Of a DNA stretch of 64,000 nt, positions 53,085 through 64,000 are shown piece after piece. Position 1 is the first letter of the stretch; each line of letters begins with the position of its first letter. The DNA comes from Octopus vulgaris (Eukaryota). The notes beneath the pieces are model-generated. The model was not told the DNA's origin. It worked only from the letters and a program-made list of their open reading frames with translations, and searched no databases. The DNA lies in the NCBI GenBank assembly GCA_951406725.2, contig OX597830.1:31992001-32056000 (forward strand), in the 5' to 3' direction. The position numbers and the translations under genes were made by a program.

Positions 53085-55060
53085 CAGAACCTCTCTGTAC
53101 AAGTGCACCATTGTACGCATACTTTGCTGTATGAGCTGAGAGTTGCGTGAATTTTTGTCATGAAATATGAGTGGAAATGTGCAGTACGAGTGAGTTTCAT
53201 ACAAGTGACTTCTAGTCAGAACTGAGCTCGCATGCATTCTCCCAACATGCGCAGCCTCTGCTCATTCGGTTCATGTGTTTATCTTGTGGCAGCATCCGTG
53301 TTGTGTTTTCCCTGGTGCTTTTTTTAAAAAAGTTTTGTGCCTTTTTTGCTATCATTTTATATTGATTATTTGTTTTAGCCATGGGTCCTAAGGAATTTAG
53401 TGCAAAGGACAGTGCTGAGGAGAAGAAAAAGCTGATTACAATAGAATTGGAGAAGGAAATCATTGATAAACATGAGAGAAGAGTGTGTGTAGTGGACATA
53501 GCATGTCAATATGACAGAAGCACGTCAACGATCTGCGCTATACTGAAGGAAAAGGATGAGATCAAGGCTGTTACAACTGCAAAGGGTATCTCCAGGCTCT
53601 CCAGGTAATGCGCATCTGTCCACGAAGAGATGGGAAAATTGCTTCTCCTGTGGATTAATAAGAAGCAACTCAAAAGGGATATGATGACGAAAAACATCAC
53701 CTGCCCTGCAAGAAAACACAAGCACTGTATGGGGACCTCCTGAAGCAGAACCCTGTAACATCGTCGGGGGAGACATCAGCAGATGCATTTAAGGGTAGTC
53801 GCTGTTGGTTTGAGGATTTCAAGAAGAGGACTGGTGTTCATAGTGTCATCAGGTGTGAAGAAACAGTGAGTTCTGGCACTAAAGCACCTGAGGATTTTGT
53901 GCGTGAATTCCATCAGCTCATTGCAGGCAAGGGGTGCATCACACAACAGGTATTCAACTGTGATAAAACTGGCTTTTTTTTTTTTAAAAAGTGTCCAGAA
54001 GAACCTATATAACTGCAGAGGAGAAGAAAATGTCAAGTTATAAGCCTTTGAAAGATAGATTAACCCTTGCCCTTTGTGCCAATGTGAATGAAGATTAAGC
54101 TGTTCCTTGTCTACCACCCTGAAAACCCATGAGTGTTCAAGTCACACAAAATCCTGAAAGTGGAGCTGCAGGTCATGTGGAGGGCAAATATTAAAACCTG
54201 GGTCACCAGGCAATTCTTCACTGATCAGGTCAACATTATCTTTGGACCGGCAGTGAAAAAGTACCTTCTGGAGAATGATCTTCCTCTCAAGGCCTTCCTC
54301 ATCCTTGACAGTGTTCCTGCTAACCCATCTAACCTTGATGATATCTTGAACGAACTTAAATTCATGGATGTTCTATACCTTTCATGCAACACCACACTTA
54401 TCTTGCAGCCCATGGACCAACAGGTGATTTTTAATTTTAAGAAATTGTACACCAAACACCTGTATCATCGGTGCTTTGAAGAGACCAAAAATACAAATCT
54501 AACCTTTTTGAGTTTTGGAGGGAGCACTACAGCATTGTTAACTGTCTGAAAAAATCATTGAAATAGCTTGACAGGAGGAGAACACTGAATTCTGCATGGT
54601 GGACGCTGTGACTTGACTGCATATCCGAAAGAGACTTTGAGGGGTTTGAGTCTGAAACACTTGTAGTTGAGGAGATAGTGTCTCTTGGCAAGTCCATGGT
54701 TGATAATGGGAACACTAACGATCTCATCAAGGAACACTCAAGCTGACAACAGATGAACTCCTGCAGCTTCAGGAGCAGCAACGTTCAGATGTGGCAGAAG
54801 AGATCGGTTCCCTGGTGGAGGACAATGTAGCAGAGAAGGGTATCTCTGTAAGTCATATAATGGCAGTATGTTTCCGAATTTGTAGAAAAATATCATCCCG
54901 AAAAAGTACCAACAGATCGTGCAGCTGCTTTATTTAATAACACTGCTCTGGCACATTTTTATAATTGGAAATGCAGGAAAAAGCAGACTTCTCTTGATAT
55001 GTTTCAAATGTGAAAAGTGAAGAAAGTGTGTCCAAAAAGCCTAAATTAAGCAGAGAGAGA
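53085..55060 (+). mobile_element. Decayed Tigger/pogo DNA transposon (CENP-B HTH plus DDE)
   Basis: KKKLITIELEKEII..STSTICAILK; FKGSRCWFEDFKKR; QQVFNCDKTG; LILDSVPANP; ILQPMDQQVI; many stops and frameshifts; 3' TIR not seen. Confidence 0.92.
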
Positions 55061-55117
55061 AAACGCCAGAAATTGTTTCCAGCGTGGTGGTATTTCTTAG
55101 ATACCCTAAATTATAAT

Positions 55118-55151
<34 letters not shown>

Positions 55152-55681
55152 ATATATATGCGTGTGTGTGTGTAGTAATACAGGTGTATAAAGGCTGAAT
55201 GTGGATTCATCCTTTAATTGGACGTTTCCAAAAAAGATTTCTAATGTTGATCCTTCATACTTTGCTGGGAGTTTACAGGCGTAAATTTGTGAAGATATGA
55301 AAGTAGTACTTGTATATAATGCATGGTGAATTTATGGAATATCGTTTCATATATCCCATCAATTTTGTTAAAAACGGAGGAGACAAGTTGTTAAAATTTA
55401 TAAGAAATTTAATTCTTGCAGACGATCGTTTCTACTATTTATTTGCCCTACACTGCTTATATGGAGCTATAATTCTATTTTCAAGCTCATCTATAGAGAG
55501 AACGTCTCCAATACCTCTTTACTTATATCTTCAAACAACCGTTTAAGCCGATAGTTATGGTTAAATATCTGACACGACTCCCATCTCTTTTTCATATGGA
55601 GACCAATGTTACACTCCTAGATCCATTTTTTTTCTGCTATATTGCTTTTTAAATTCCTTGTATTTTAGTTTCTTTCATTTC

Positions 55682-55771
55682 TGCACTGAAGAGTACGTTG
55701 ATATTTAATTAATTTAATTCAATCATGAATTTATATTATTATTATATCTCTGTACCAAACGATCGTCTGCA
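55682..55771 (+). ncRNA. Hammerhead-like motif with long loop 2 (G12C mutant)
   Basis: TGCA-CTGAAGA-GTAC-(55 nt)-GTAC-CAAAC-GATC-GTC-TGCA; the inverted copy at 55417-55432 retains GAAAC. Confidence 0.6.
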
Positions 55772-55831
55772 ACAATTAAACTTCTTATAAATTTTAACAA
55801 CTTGTCTCCTCCATTTTTAAACAAAATTGAT

Positions 55832-55901
<70 letters not shown>

Positions 55902-56070
55902 CACATATACATACATACATACATACATACGTACGTACATACATACATACATATATACATACATACATATATACATACATACGTACATACATACGTACAT
56001 ACATACATAATACATACATACATACATACATACATACATACATACATACATACATACATACATACATACA

Positions 56071-56105
<35 letters not shown>

Positions 56106-56251
56106 TTGTTTTGCAAGATTCTTGATGTGAAATCGTGTGTTGAAACAGATATTGTTGTATTTAGGAATGGTCATGTTGCCAGTTTAGCCAATAAAGTTTA
56201 CCCAATAAAGCTTCAGCTTTATTTCTTACATTAATCTTAATCTTATTTCAG

Positions 56252-56291
56252 CCAGAGTTCTTTCGTCACACTTCTGTGACCTCATCAGTGG
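56252..56291 (-). ncRNA. Minimal type I hammerhead ribozyme, canonical core
   Basis: Reverse complement CCA-CTGATGA-G-GTCAC-AGAAGT-GTGAC-GAAA-GAAC-TC-TGG; lies between 47 bp inverted repeats 56149-56195 / 56388-56434. Confidence 0.75.
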
Positions 56292-56472
56292 TCCTTTGTT
56301 TTCTTCTTTCTTATTTGTGTGGCTCTCCTTACTAACGATCAAAATAAAGCTGAAGCAAATAAACACCAAATATATAGTGCGTGTATTTTTATTGGCTAAA
56401 ATGGCAACATGACCATTCCTAAATACAACAATATATATATTTATATAATACACACATATATACATACATACA

Positions 56473-56554
<82 letters not shown>

Positions 56555-56641
56555 CATACACATATATATATATATATACATATTTATATACATACACATA
56601 TATATACGTATATATATATATATATATACACACACACAAAC

Positions 56642-57340
56642 ACAAAATTAAGAGGAATGACCACTAACGTGGACACCTAATATGCTAAACATAGACGTCA
56701 AATCGCCATTACCACGAAGTGTGTGTTCTGAAGAAAAAAATTTTTGAATATGCTAAGCCACTGGTTTTAATTGATTAATATCAATTTCTACCCTTATTAT
56801 TTAATTTTAAATAAAAAACGTTCTCTAACTGGTAAATCGGCTGCTGAAATTTATTAGCTGCAGAGTAATTTCCGCCGTCAGTGAGCCAAAGTGAAGACAT
56901 TTGAAAGATACACCCAAATATAATTTGTAGAACTTTATACATGATCGATTTCGGTTGAGCGTTCCGTATCTAGTTCTGGAAATTGTGTTTTTTTTTAAGT
57001 GACAGACTACGCTGACGATCTTGCAGATATCTGCGTCTTTGCATACGTAGATATTGATAAGTGAAACCATGGTATGTAGGTAATCGTTTTTTATTTTGTG
57101 TATTTTCATTTGTCTTGCTCATTTTTACATTTTGGCGTTTAGCTGAGATTTTTCTTGAGAACACACTCTTCGCGGTAATGGCGATTTGACGTCTATGTTT
57201 AGCATATTAGGTGTCCACTTTAGTGGTCATTCCTCTTAATTTTGTATGTAACACAATTTTTAATCTTCGGATTCTTTAAATATGCTAAGCCACTGGTTTT
57301 AATTGATTAATATTAATTTCTACCCTTATTATTTAATTTT
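56642..57340. repeat. Element with ~96 bp inverted repeats and a ~62 bp direct repeat, TA-flanked
   Basis: IR 56642-56737 / 57149-57245; DR aatatgctaagccactggttttaattgattaata.. at ~56748 and ~57279. Confidence 0.85.
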
Positions 57341-57349
57341 ATATATATA

Positions 57350-57520
57350 TCTATTATATAAAACCCATTCTGTCTGTCTGTGTGAGTGTGTCTTCTAGGA
57401 TCTCGGGCATCCTCCATCCGATTGCGCTCAAATTTGATATATAGACACCGACGGTATCAGGGCGTGTATAAGTCTTGAAAAAATTACAAAAATCGATTCC
57501 AGGTGAGAATGCGATCAATA
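57350..57520 (+). mobile_element. Helitron-like non-autonomous 5' end
   Basis: TC start tctattatataaaa, ctgtctgtctgt, ccgattgcgctcaaatttg; a related piece at ~57740-57860. Confidence 0.5.
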
Positions 57521-57704
57521 AAGTGAATAAAATCGTTTTTCTTTGGAAAAGAAAAAAGTCTATCTTTATTTCTTCTTTTGCTGGTGTCTCAAATTTTGGT
57601 TAAATCAATGTTTCTCAAGGGGGGGGGTCTATGGGACGGACGGACAAGTTGTTTTGAGAAAATTTGGTTTAAATGTTTGACAACTCAGCACCGTCCATTT
57701 GCTC

Positions 57705-57738
<34 letters not shown>

Positions 57739-58581
57739 CGCTTTGTGTGTGTGTGTTTCCTGTATGCACAGCCAAACTGCTGGATCAGCCTGTACCAAAT
57801 TTGGCATGGAGGTTTTTCTGTACACAGGGAATATCCTAGGGGGTCAAATTTTGGCTCCTACCCATATAGGGGCTATAGCCCACCCCCATAAAACCCTTCC
57901 AATTTTTATTTTCGGCAGATTCCTGTTTTCTATATAGAGGTTCCCAATATGCAAAAACCATGTTTTCAAAATTTTAAATTCCCCACTCCCCACCAAATTT
58001 TAAACTTTTAACTTTATTCAGATTTTTCATTTTTACAATCTATGGGGGAAATAGGGAGATTAAAAATAGGAAAAAATAGATCTTATTTAAAATTTTCTAT
58101 GAAGAACTCCAAAATTGATCTACATACCCCCACACCACCCCATCCCTTTGTCTAAAACTGAAAATGAGGTGCTAAAAATAACAGCTAAATGTCTGAAAAT
58201 TTTCTGTGTTTGTGTGTGCATGCATAAAATAATTTCTACAGCTTATGCAAATGAACAGAGAAAGTAAATAGAAATATGTTTTACATACCTGTCGTATACA
58301 TTGGTTTTGTTTTTCCATTTTAAAGGTAAATGATTCTCATAGAAGCAAACATGATATTGAATAATTCTACGTCATACATCTACGACTCCTACCACTTTTT
58401 TAAAAGTAAAGATAAACACATTTTAATTGTGATAATGAAGCAAGGGGTTTAGTCCTTACCATCAAAATTAATTTCTCTAGCAAAAGAGAGGGTGCCATTT
58501 TCTCTCTTTTTCAATATTTAATTAGAAGAGAGAATATGTTGTTACCAAATATATATATATATATACGTATGTGTATGTGTG

Positions 58582-58614
<33 letters not shown>

Positions 58615-58648
58615 TGGTGGATAAATATTCTTTATTTCTAGGTTAATA

Positions 58649-58696
58649 AGGCTACCATTCGTTTCATGCTGAGAATTCTCAGCAATTATCAACCCT
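58649..58696 (-). ncRNA. Hammerhead-like motif, U3-A8 core variant
   Basis: Reverse complement AGGG-TTGATAA-T-TGCTGAG-AATT-CTCAGCA-T-GAAAC-GAATG-GTA-GCCT; near (TA)n. Confidence 0.55.
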
Positions 58697-58766
58697 GCCG
58701 CATGGGACATGAGTACTTGTCTCCATGTGTATGACATGTGTGTATGTATGTTTGTGTGTGTGTGTA

Positions 58767-58801
<35 letters not shown>

Positions 58802-59902
58802 GCGTTTGTTAACACCCAGGCTCCATGAAAGTTACTCATTGCATATAGTGTCGTTGTTCTTACTTTTCCCCCTCAACAAATCATCTAAACTACTTCATTC
58901 TTTCAAAGACATAAGAGAACCATTACTCAAAAAATAGGGGTCTGCTTAGTGACAGGAAGAGCATCCTACTCTAAACCAAATGCTTCGACAATGTATTTGT
59001 CTAACCCAAAATACAACACAGCAAAATTGAACCAAAAACATGATGATTGCAACCTAAACATTATAACTACTCAACCATTTTTCCACATTAGAGTTGACTG
59101 TGTTATGTTGTATCACAAGCACTGGTCTTGTCATGATTTTCAATTAGACTTACTTAGAAGACATTTGAACAAATCTGGAATTCAGAAACTCTTTTGGAAT
59201 TGGTGAATTATTCTGCTCTTTAATAGCATTTGGCTGCTGCAAGCTTTAATAATAGGTGTTCTTTGAAATCTTCTACCAAAATTCCTAAACTGGATGTTTC
59301 TACTTTCTGCTAGAGCAGAGATCATACAGGTCAAAGAACAAACAGGTTAAGCCAATGCATTCTACCGTCAAACCATTATCCAATATCATAAGTCTATAGA
59401 TATAAATATCGCATAAATTAAGAACTCGATTAGAATAGCAATATAATTTGAATGAATATATCGATCTCTTATAAGAATGGGTTGTGGATCCCGCCATGTT
59501 AATCCGGGATTAGGATTAAGTTTTATTGAACGAGAGAGAAATAATCAACGACCTTCCTGCGTGACAAGTTGGCATTCTTCTCATCAAACTACTCGGAAAG
59601 ATCATAAGCCGAAGGAACTTGTAAAGTTGGTAATGGCTGCATTTTGGAAGGGAAGGTAATGGGCGGTGAGTTGGTTGGTTGGTGGGCGGAATGATGAGTC
59701 GGCTGGTCGGCTGGTCGGTTGGCTGGTTGGTTGGTTGGATTGATGGATGGATGGATGGATGGATGGATGGATGGATGGTTGGTTGGTGGGTTGATGGAAA
59801 ATGTAAGAAATAAAGATTAGCTTCTGAGATTTCTGGGTCAACAAATTTTGCTTGTTCTTGATCTCTGTCTAGAGAGTGAGAGAATGACGAAAGAGCAAAT
59901 AC

Positions 59903-59940
<38 letters not shown>

Positions 59941-60008
59941 GCACATATGTATATGCCTATATATATATGTATATATGTACATATGTATGTATGTATGTAC
60001 CTATCTAT

Positions 60009-60053
<45 letters not shown>

Positions 60054-60668
60054 GAGAGAGAGAAAGAGAAGTTGTGAAAAACATCGACAGAGAGCGATAG
60101 GGGTGGAGAGAAGGAGCTAGAGGGGCGCAGATGAGGAGTAAGTAAATTAATTAAAAATTTAAACTCTGCTGCATTACTTTGCAAGATAAGTAAGTGTTCA
60201 GTTAATGTTTGGCATGTATGTCAATGTTGCTGCTGCTTCTGCTGCTGCTGCCATCAATCACCACCACCAACATCACCACCAACATCACCACCAACACCAC
60301 TGACATTAACTATCATTATCACAGACCTCGTCCTCCACCACTCACACCACCAACACCAACACCACCACCACATCTGCTGTAGTTAAGATGAAAGTCTTTT
60401 ACGCTTGCTGCCACTAAAGAACTTACTAAGTATACTAACGAACAAATTAACTAACTGCCACATTAATTCTTCAGCCAACCACTTAGGAATTTCATCTTTT
60501 GGATTTTTTTAGGTATGTTTTTTTCATCATTTTTTTTTAGATTCTTTTGTGTGTGTATTTTTAGTGAGAAGGGTAGGGGGAGTTATTTTTGTTTTGTTTT
60601 TTGGGTTTTTTTTTGTATTTTTCATTAATCTATGAATGCAAATTACTTATATCATCGCAAAAAAAGTA

Positions 60669-60722
<54 letters not shown>

Positions 60723-61033
60723 GTAATAATAATAATGATCATTTTTTTAAAAGTATAATATACAGCAAGAATGGTTCTGTCTAGCAAATTAATATGGAAT
60801 TATATGTAAAAAAAAAACAAAAATACATAGAGCAAGAAAATAAATCTACAAAAACAAAACATCATATTAATGAAATAAAAAAGAATATTACCCCCTTCCT
60901 CTCACCAAATTTACTTTCCTTTTTATGCTGAGGTTTTCCTATGTATATGCACATATAGATATCAATAAGTATGTATGTAGGTCTGTATGCCTGTATGCAC
61001 ATGTGTGTGCATATACATATAGATATACATATT

Positions 61034-61102
<69 letters not shown>

Positions 61103-61388
61103 AAGAACATACAGATCTGCATGTATGTATGTGTAAATTTACAAAGAAAAGCGCAGTTTCTTTGAAGATTAGCATAAAATAAAATGAATGTCTTTGAATC
61201 TATATGCAGCGTTTGGAAGATGGGTGCTAAGAGTTGGGTGGGGTGTGAGGGTAGGCTAGGCTGTCAGTGGGATTGTGGAGGGTGGATTTGGAATTAATAT
61301 ATTAATTTTATACATACATACATATATGTACATATATATACATATATACATTTATATATGCTTGTGTATACATATATATACATGTGTG

Positions 61389-61425
<37 letters not shown>

Positions 61426-61462
61426 GTGTATATATATGTATATATATGTATGTATGTATATA

Positions 61463-61499
<37 letters not shown>

Positions 61500-62209
61500 G
61501 TCTATATGTATATATATATACACATATAATGTGTATATTGTTTTGTTTTTGGCTGTTTATTTGTTTATTTTACTTTATTTTTAGACGGGATACAAAGTTG
61601 CAATTCTTTGATAAAGAGACAATTAAAAGACATTCTTGGAATATTAATGTTTCCTGATAGAACGTACCCAAACTGCATCAAATTGTGCCTACCTACGGTT
61701 GAACAATTTAATCTCTTCTGAAAAAAAACAAAAAAACGCATGTGTATATTATAAGTAGTAGTAGTAGTAGCAGTAGTAGTAGTAGTATATATGATGCTGT
61801 TGTGGCTGTTGTTATCTGTTCCTTCATTCTTGTTTCTTTCTTTGTTAGCTAGCAACCCTGTCTCTCTTGTTGTTGTTGTTTTTTTTTCTTTAAATTTCTT
61901 TCACACTAACATTTTTTTTAAAGTTATATTTTTCGTTTTTATTTATTAATTTATTTTTACATTTTATTTCTTATTTATAATATTTTTATTAATTTTTTTT
62001 TTTTGGATTTTTTTGTTTTGTTGTATGTGTCTTTTTACACCGGAATAAAATCGCAATTTTTCAGCAGTTGTTATGCTATCCGTTATTAGACAGGTTTATG
62101 CGAGTATAACATGCATATACATACGATATCATTATTCTTCTTATTTCTATTCTTTTTGAGTTATTATTATTGTTAACATTATTATTATCATTATCATTAT
62201 TGTTGTTGC

Positions 62210-62240
<31 letters not shown>

Positions 62241-62501
62241 GGGGTGGTTGGGTGGAGGGAAAGAGTTGCAGGAATTTGCTGAGTGAGCACACCACATAAA
62301 ATATATCTAAGAGCACTTAATTTTGTTTCTGAGTCTCTCAGCATTGTGATTTCAAAACTCCTGCCAGAACCAAATTTTCCTCCCATATTTCAAGAATTGT
62401 TTGTTAAGATATATGTATTCATTCACACGTCTAAATTTTGACCTTCAGATTTCTTACCAGCACCCTTTGTGGAAGGGCTTTATTAGTATTGTTCTCTCTT
62501 G

Positions 62502-62944
62502 AAGGTGGTGAGCTGGCAGAAATGTTAGCATGCCAGACGAAATGCTTAGCGGTATTTTGTCTGTCTTTCAAATTCTGCCATGGTCAGCTTTGCTTTTATC
62601 CTTTCGGGGGGTCAATAAATAAAGTACCAGTTGTATACTGGTGTCAATCTAATCGACTGGCCCCCTCTCCAAAACTTTCAGGCCTTGTGCCTAGAGGAGA
62701 AAAGAATATTTTCCGTATACTGAAGGCGGAGAGCTGACAGAAATGTTAGCATGCCGGACGAAATCCTTAGCGGTATTTTGTCTGTCTTTACATTCTGAGT
62801 TCAAATTCCACCAAGGTCGACTTTGCCTTTTATCCTTTCAGGGGTCAATAAATTAAGTACCAGTTGCATATTGGGGTCGATCTAATCGACTGCCCCCCTG
62901 CCCCTAAAATTCCAGGCCTTGTGCCTAGAGTAGAAAAGAATATT
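62502..62944 (+). mobile_element. Two head-to-tail SINE family B copies
   Basis: 62502-62710 and 62723-62944, both ending ggccttgtgcctagag.agaaaagaatatt; further pieces at ~62960-63075 and 63370-63487. Confidence 0.9.
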
Positions 62945-63498
62945 GTTATCTGTTGGTTTGGGTGAATCGTTAGAGCATCAGTAAAAAAAGAACTTTATAG
63001 GATGACATGCTGAGCTCAAATCCCACTAAGTCAGCAAGGATTTTCACCCCCAACAAAGTCAATAAAACACAGTATTAGTCAATCACTGGGGCGATTTTAT
63101 TAACTACCCCCTCTCCAGGAATTTCTATCCCAGCTGGCAGAATTGTTAGTGTTATGGAAAAAATGCATTTTATGGTAGAATTATTAGACATAAACTCAGA
63201 AATAGGGGGTGCAGTAGGTGCAATGTACTCCCTAAATTTTCGGGTGGTGGTGAGGTAATGAAAATGCTTTGAATGTTCTCCTGAAAAATTGGGTTTCCAC
63301 CCTGTAAGCAAGTTTCATTTCTTCTCTTAGGTTTATTAGAATCTCAGAATAATGATTTGTGCTTATGTCTTTGCCTCTCATCCTTTCGGGATCGATAAAA
63401 TAAGTACCAGTGGAGCACTGGGGTCGATGTCATCAACTATCCCCTTCCCCAAATTTCAGACCTTGTGCCTGTAGTAGAAAGGATTATTTTTGTTTTTG

Positions 63499-63532
<34 letters not shown>

Positions 63533-63559
63533 CATTATTATTATTATTATTATTATTTA

Positions 63560-63731
63560 TTGCCTTTGCACAGCTTCTAATGTTGAAGATGTACTACAGA
63601 GTCACCTGTTCACTACCAGTAAACTAAGGTAACACCTCTTATTTTTTGGGCACTTTCTGGAGTATTCGATTGGTTCCAAGCAGTGCTGTTTTTTGCAAGT
63701 GCTCCACCCTTATTGCAGCCCCTATTTGTTC
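63560..63731 (-). mobile_element. 3' end of a second R4/Dong-like family with (TAA)n tail
   Basis: Minus-strand translation EQIGAAIRVEHLQKTALLGTNRILQKVPKK* (stop 63639-63641), short 3' UTR, then (TAA)n. Confidence 0.75.
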
Positions 63732-64000
63732 CGAGCTACTTACCACACAGCCCACCTGCACCTGTGTGTTTTTTTATTATTATTAAAGCCTGTTAGTTAT
63801 TCTATTGGTCACATTTGCTGAACTGCTAGGTTATAGGGATATAGATACAGCGGCTCTGTTCATACGCTAGCTGTGTTGAGGCAAACTGTCCTTTAATATA
63901 GTTGTGGGCAATATGCAACTTCTGAGACTTTCTGAATTGCAGGTTTAACAAAAACAATTAGTTTTGAATATTTTTGAGCTGAGTGGCTACTTAATAACGA

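Noticed and set aside
53381-54549. TIGD1-like host gene
   Set aside because: Many stops and frameshifts; it is a transposon fossil.
56935-56990. Minus-strand GAAA-TCGA-TC hammerhead-like 3' half (also GAAAC-GTC near 55215)
   Set aside because: No recognisable NUGANNA core upstream.

Overview
AT-rich, microsatellite-saturated eukaryotic non-coding DNA. The SINE families and the (TA)n/(CA)n/(ATC)n/(TAA)n load resemble a coleoid cephalopod, probably Octopus; this is recognition from memory, not a database result. I find no intact host gene, and nearly all ORF-track entries are translated microsatellites. The window holds many copies of three tRNA-headed SINE families and two further short interspersed families. 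It also holds three decayed mariners, a Tigger/pogo, a hAT MITE, Helitron/Helentron-like pieces, and RTE, Hero-like, R4/Dong-like and Penelope-like retroelement remnants. The most notable signal is a set of about 11 minimal type I hammerhead-ribozyme-shaped motifs in several unrelated short repeat families, mostly beside (TA)n arrays and often in inverted-repeat structures. Several carry non-canonical cores in which the catalytic 3-8 base pair covaries (C3-G8, U3-A8, G3-C8). A ~540 bp non-coding element found only in (TAA)n-type arrays, oriented like neighbouring Dong-like LINE remnants, is a second candidate system. Repeat boundaries are approximate (about +/-10-20 bp) unless stated; ribozyme activity is untested.
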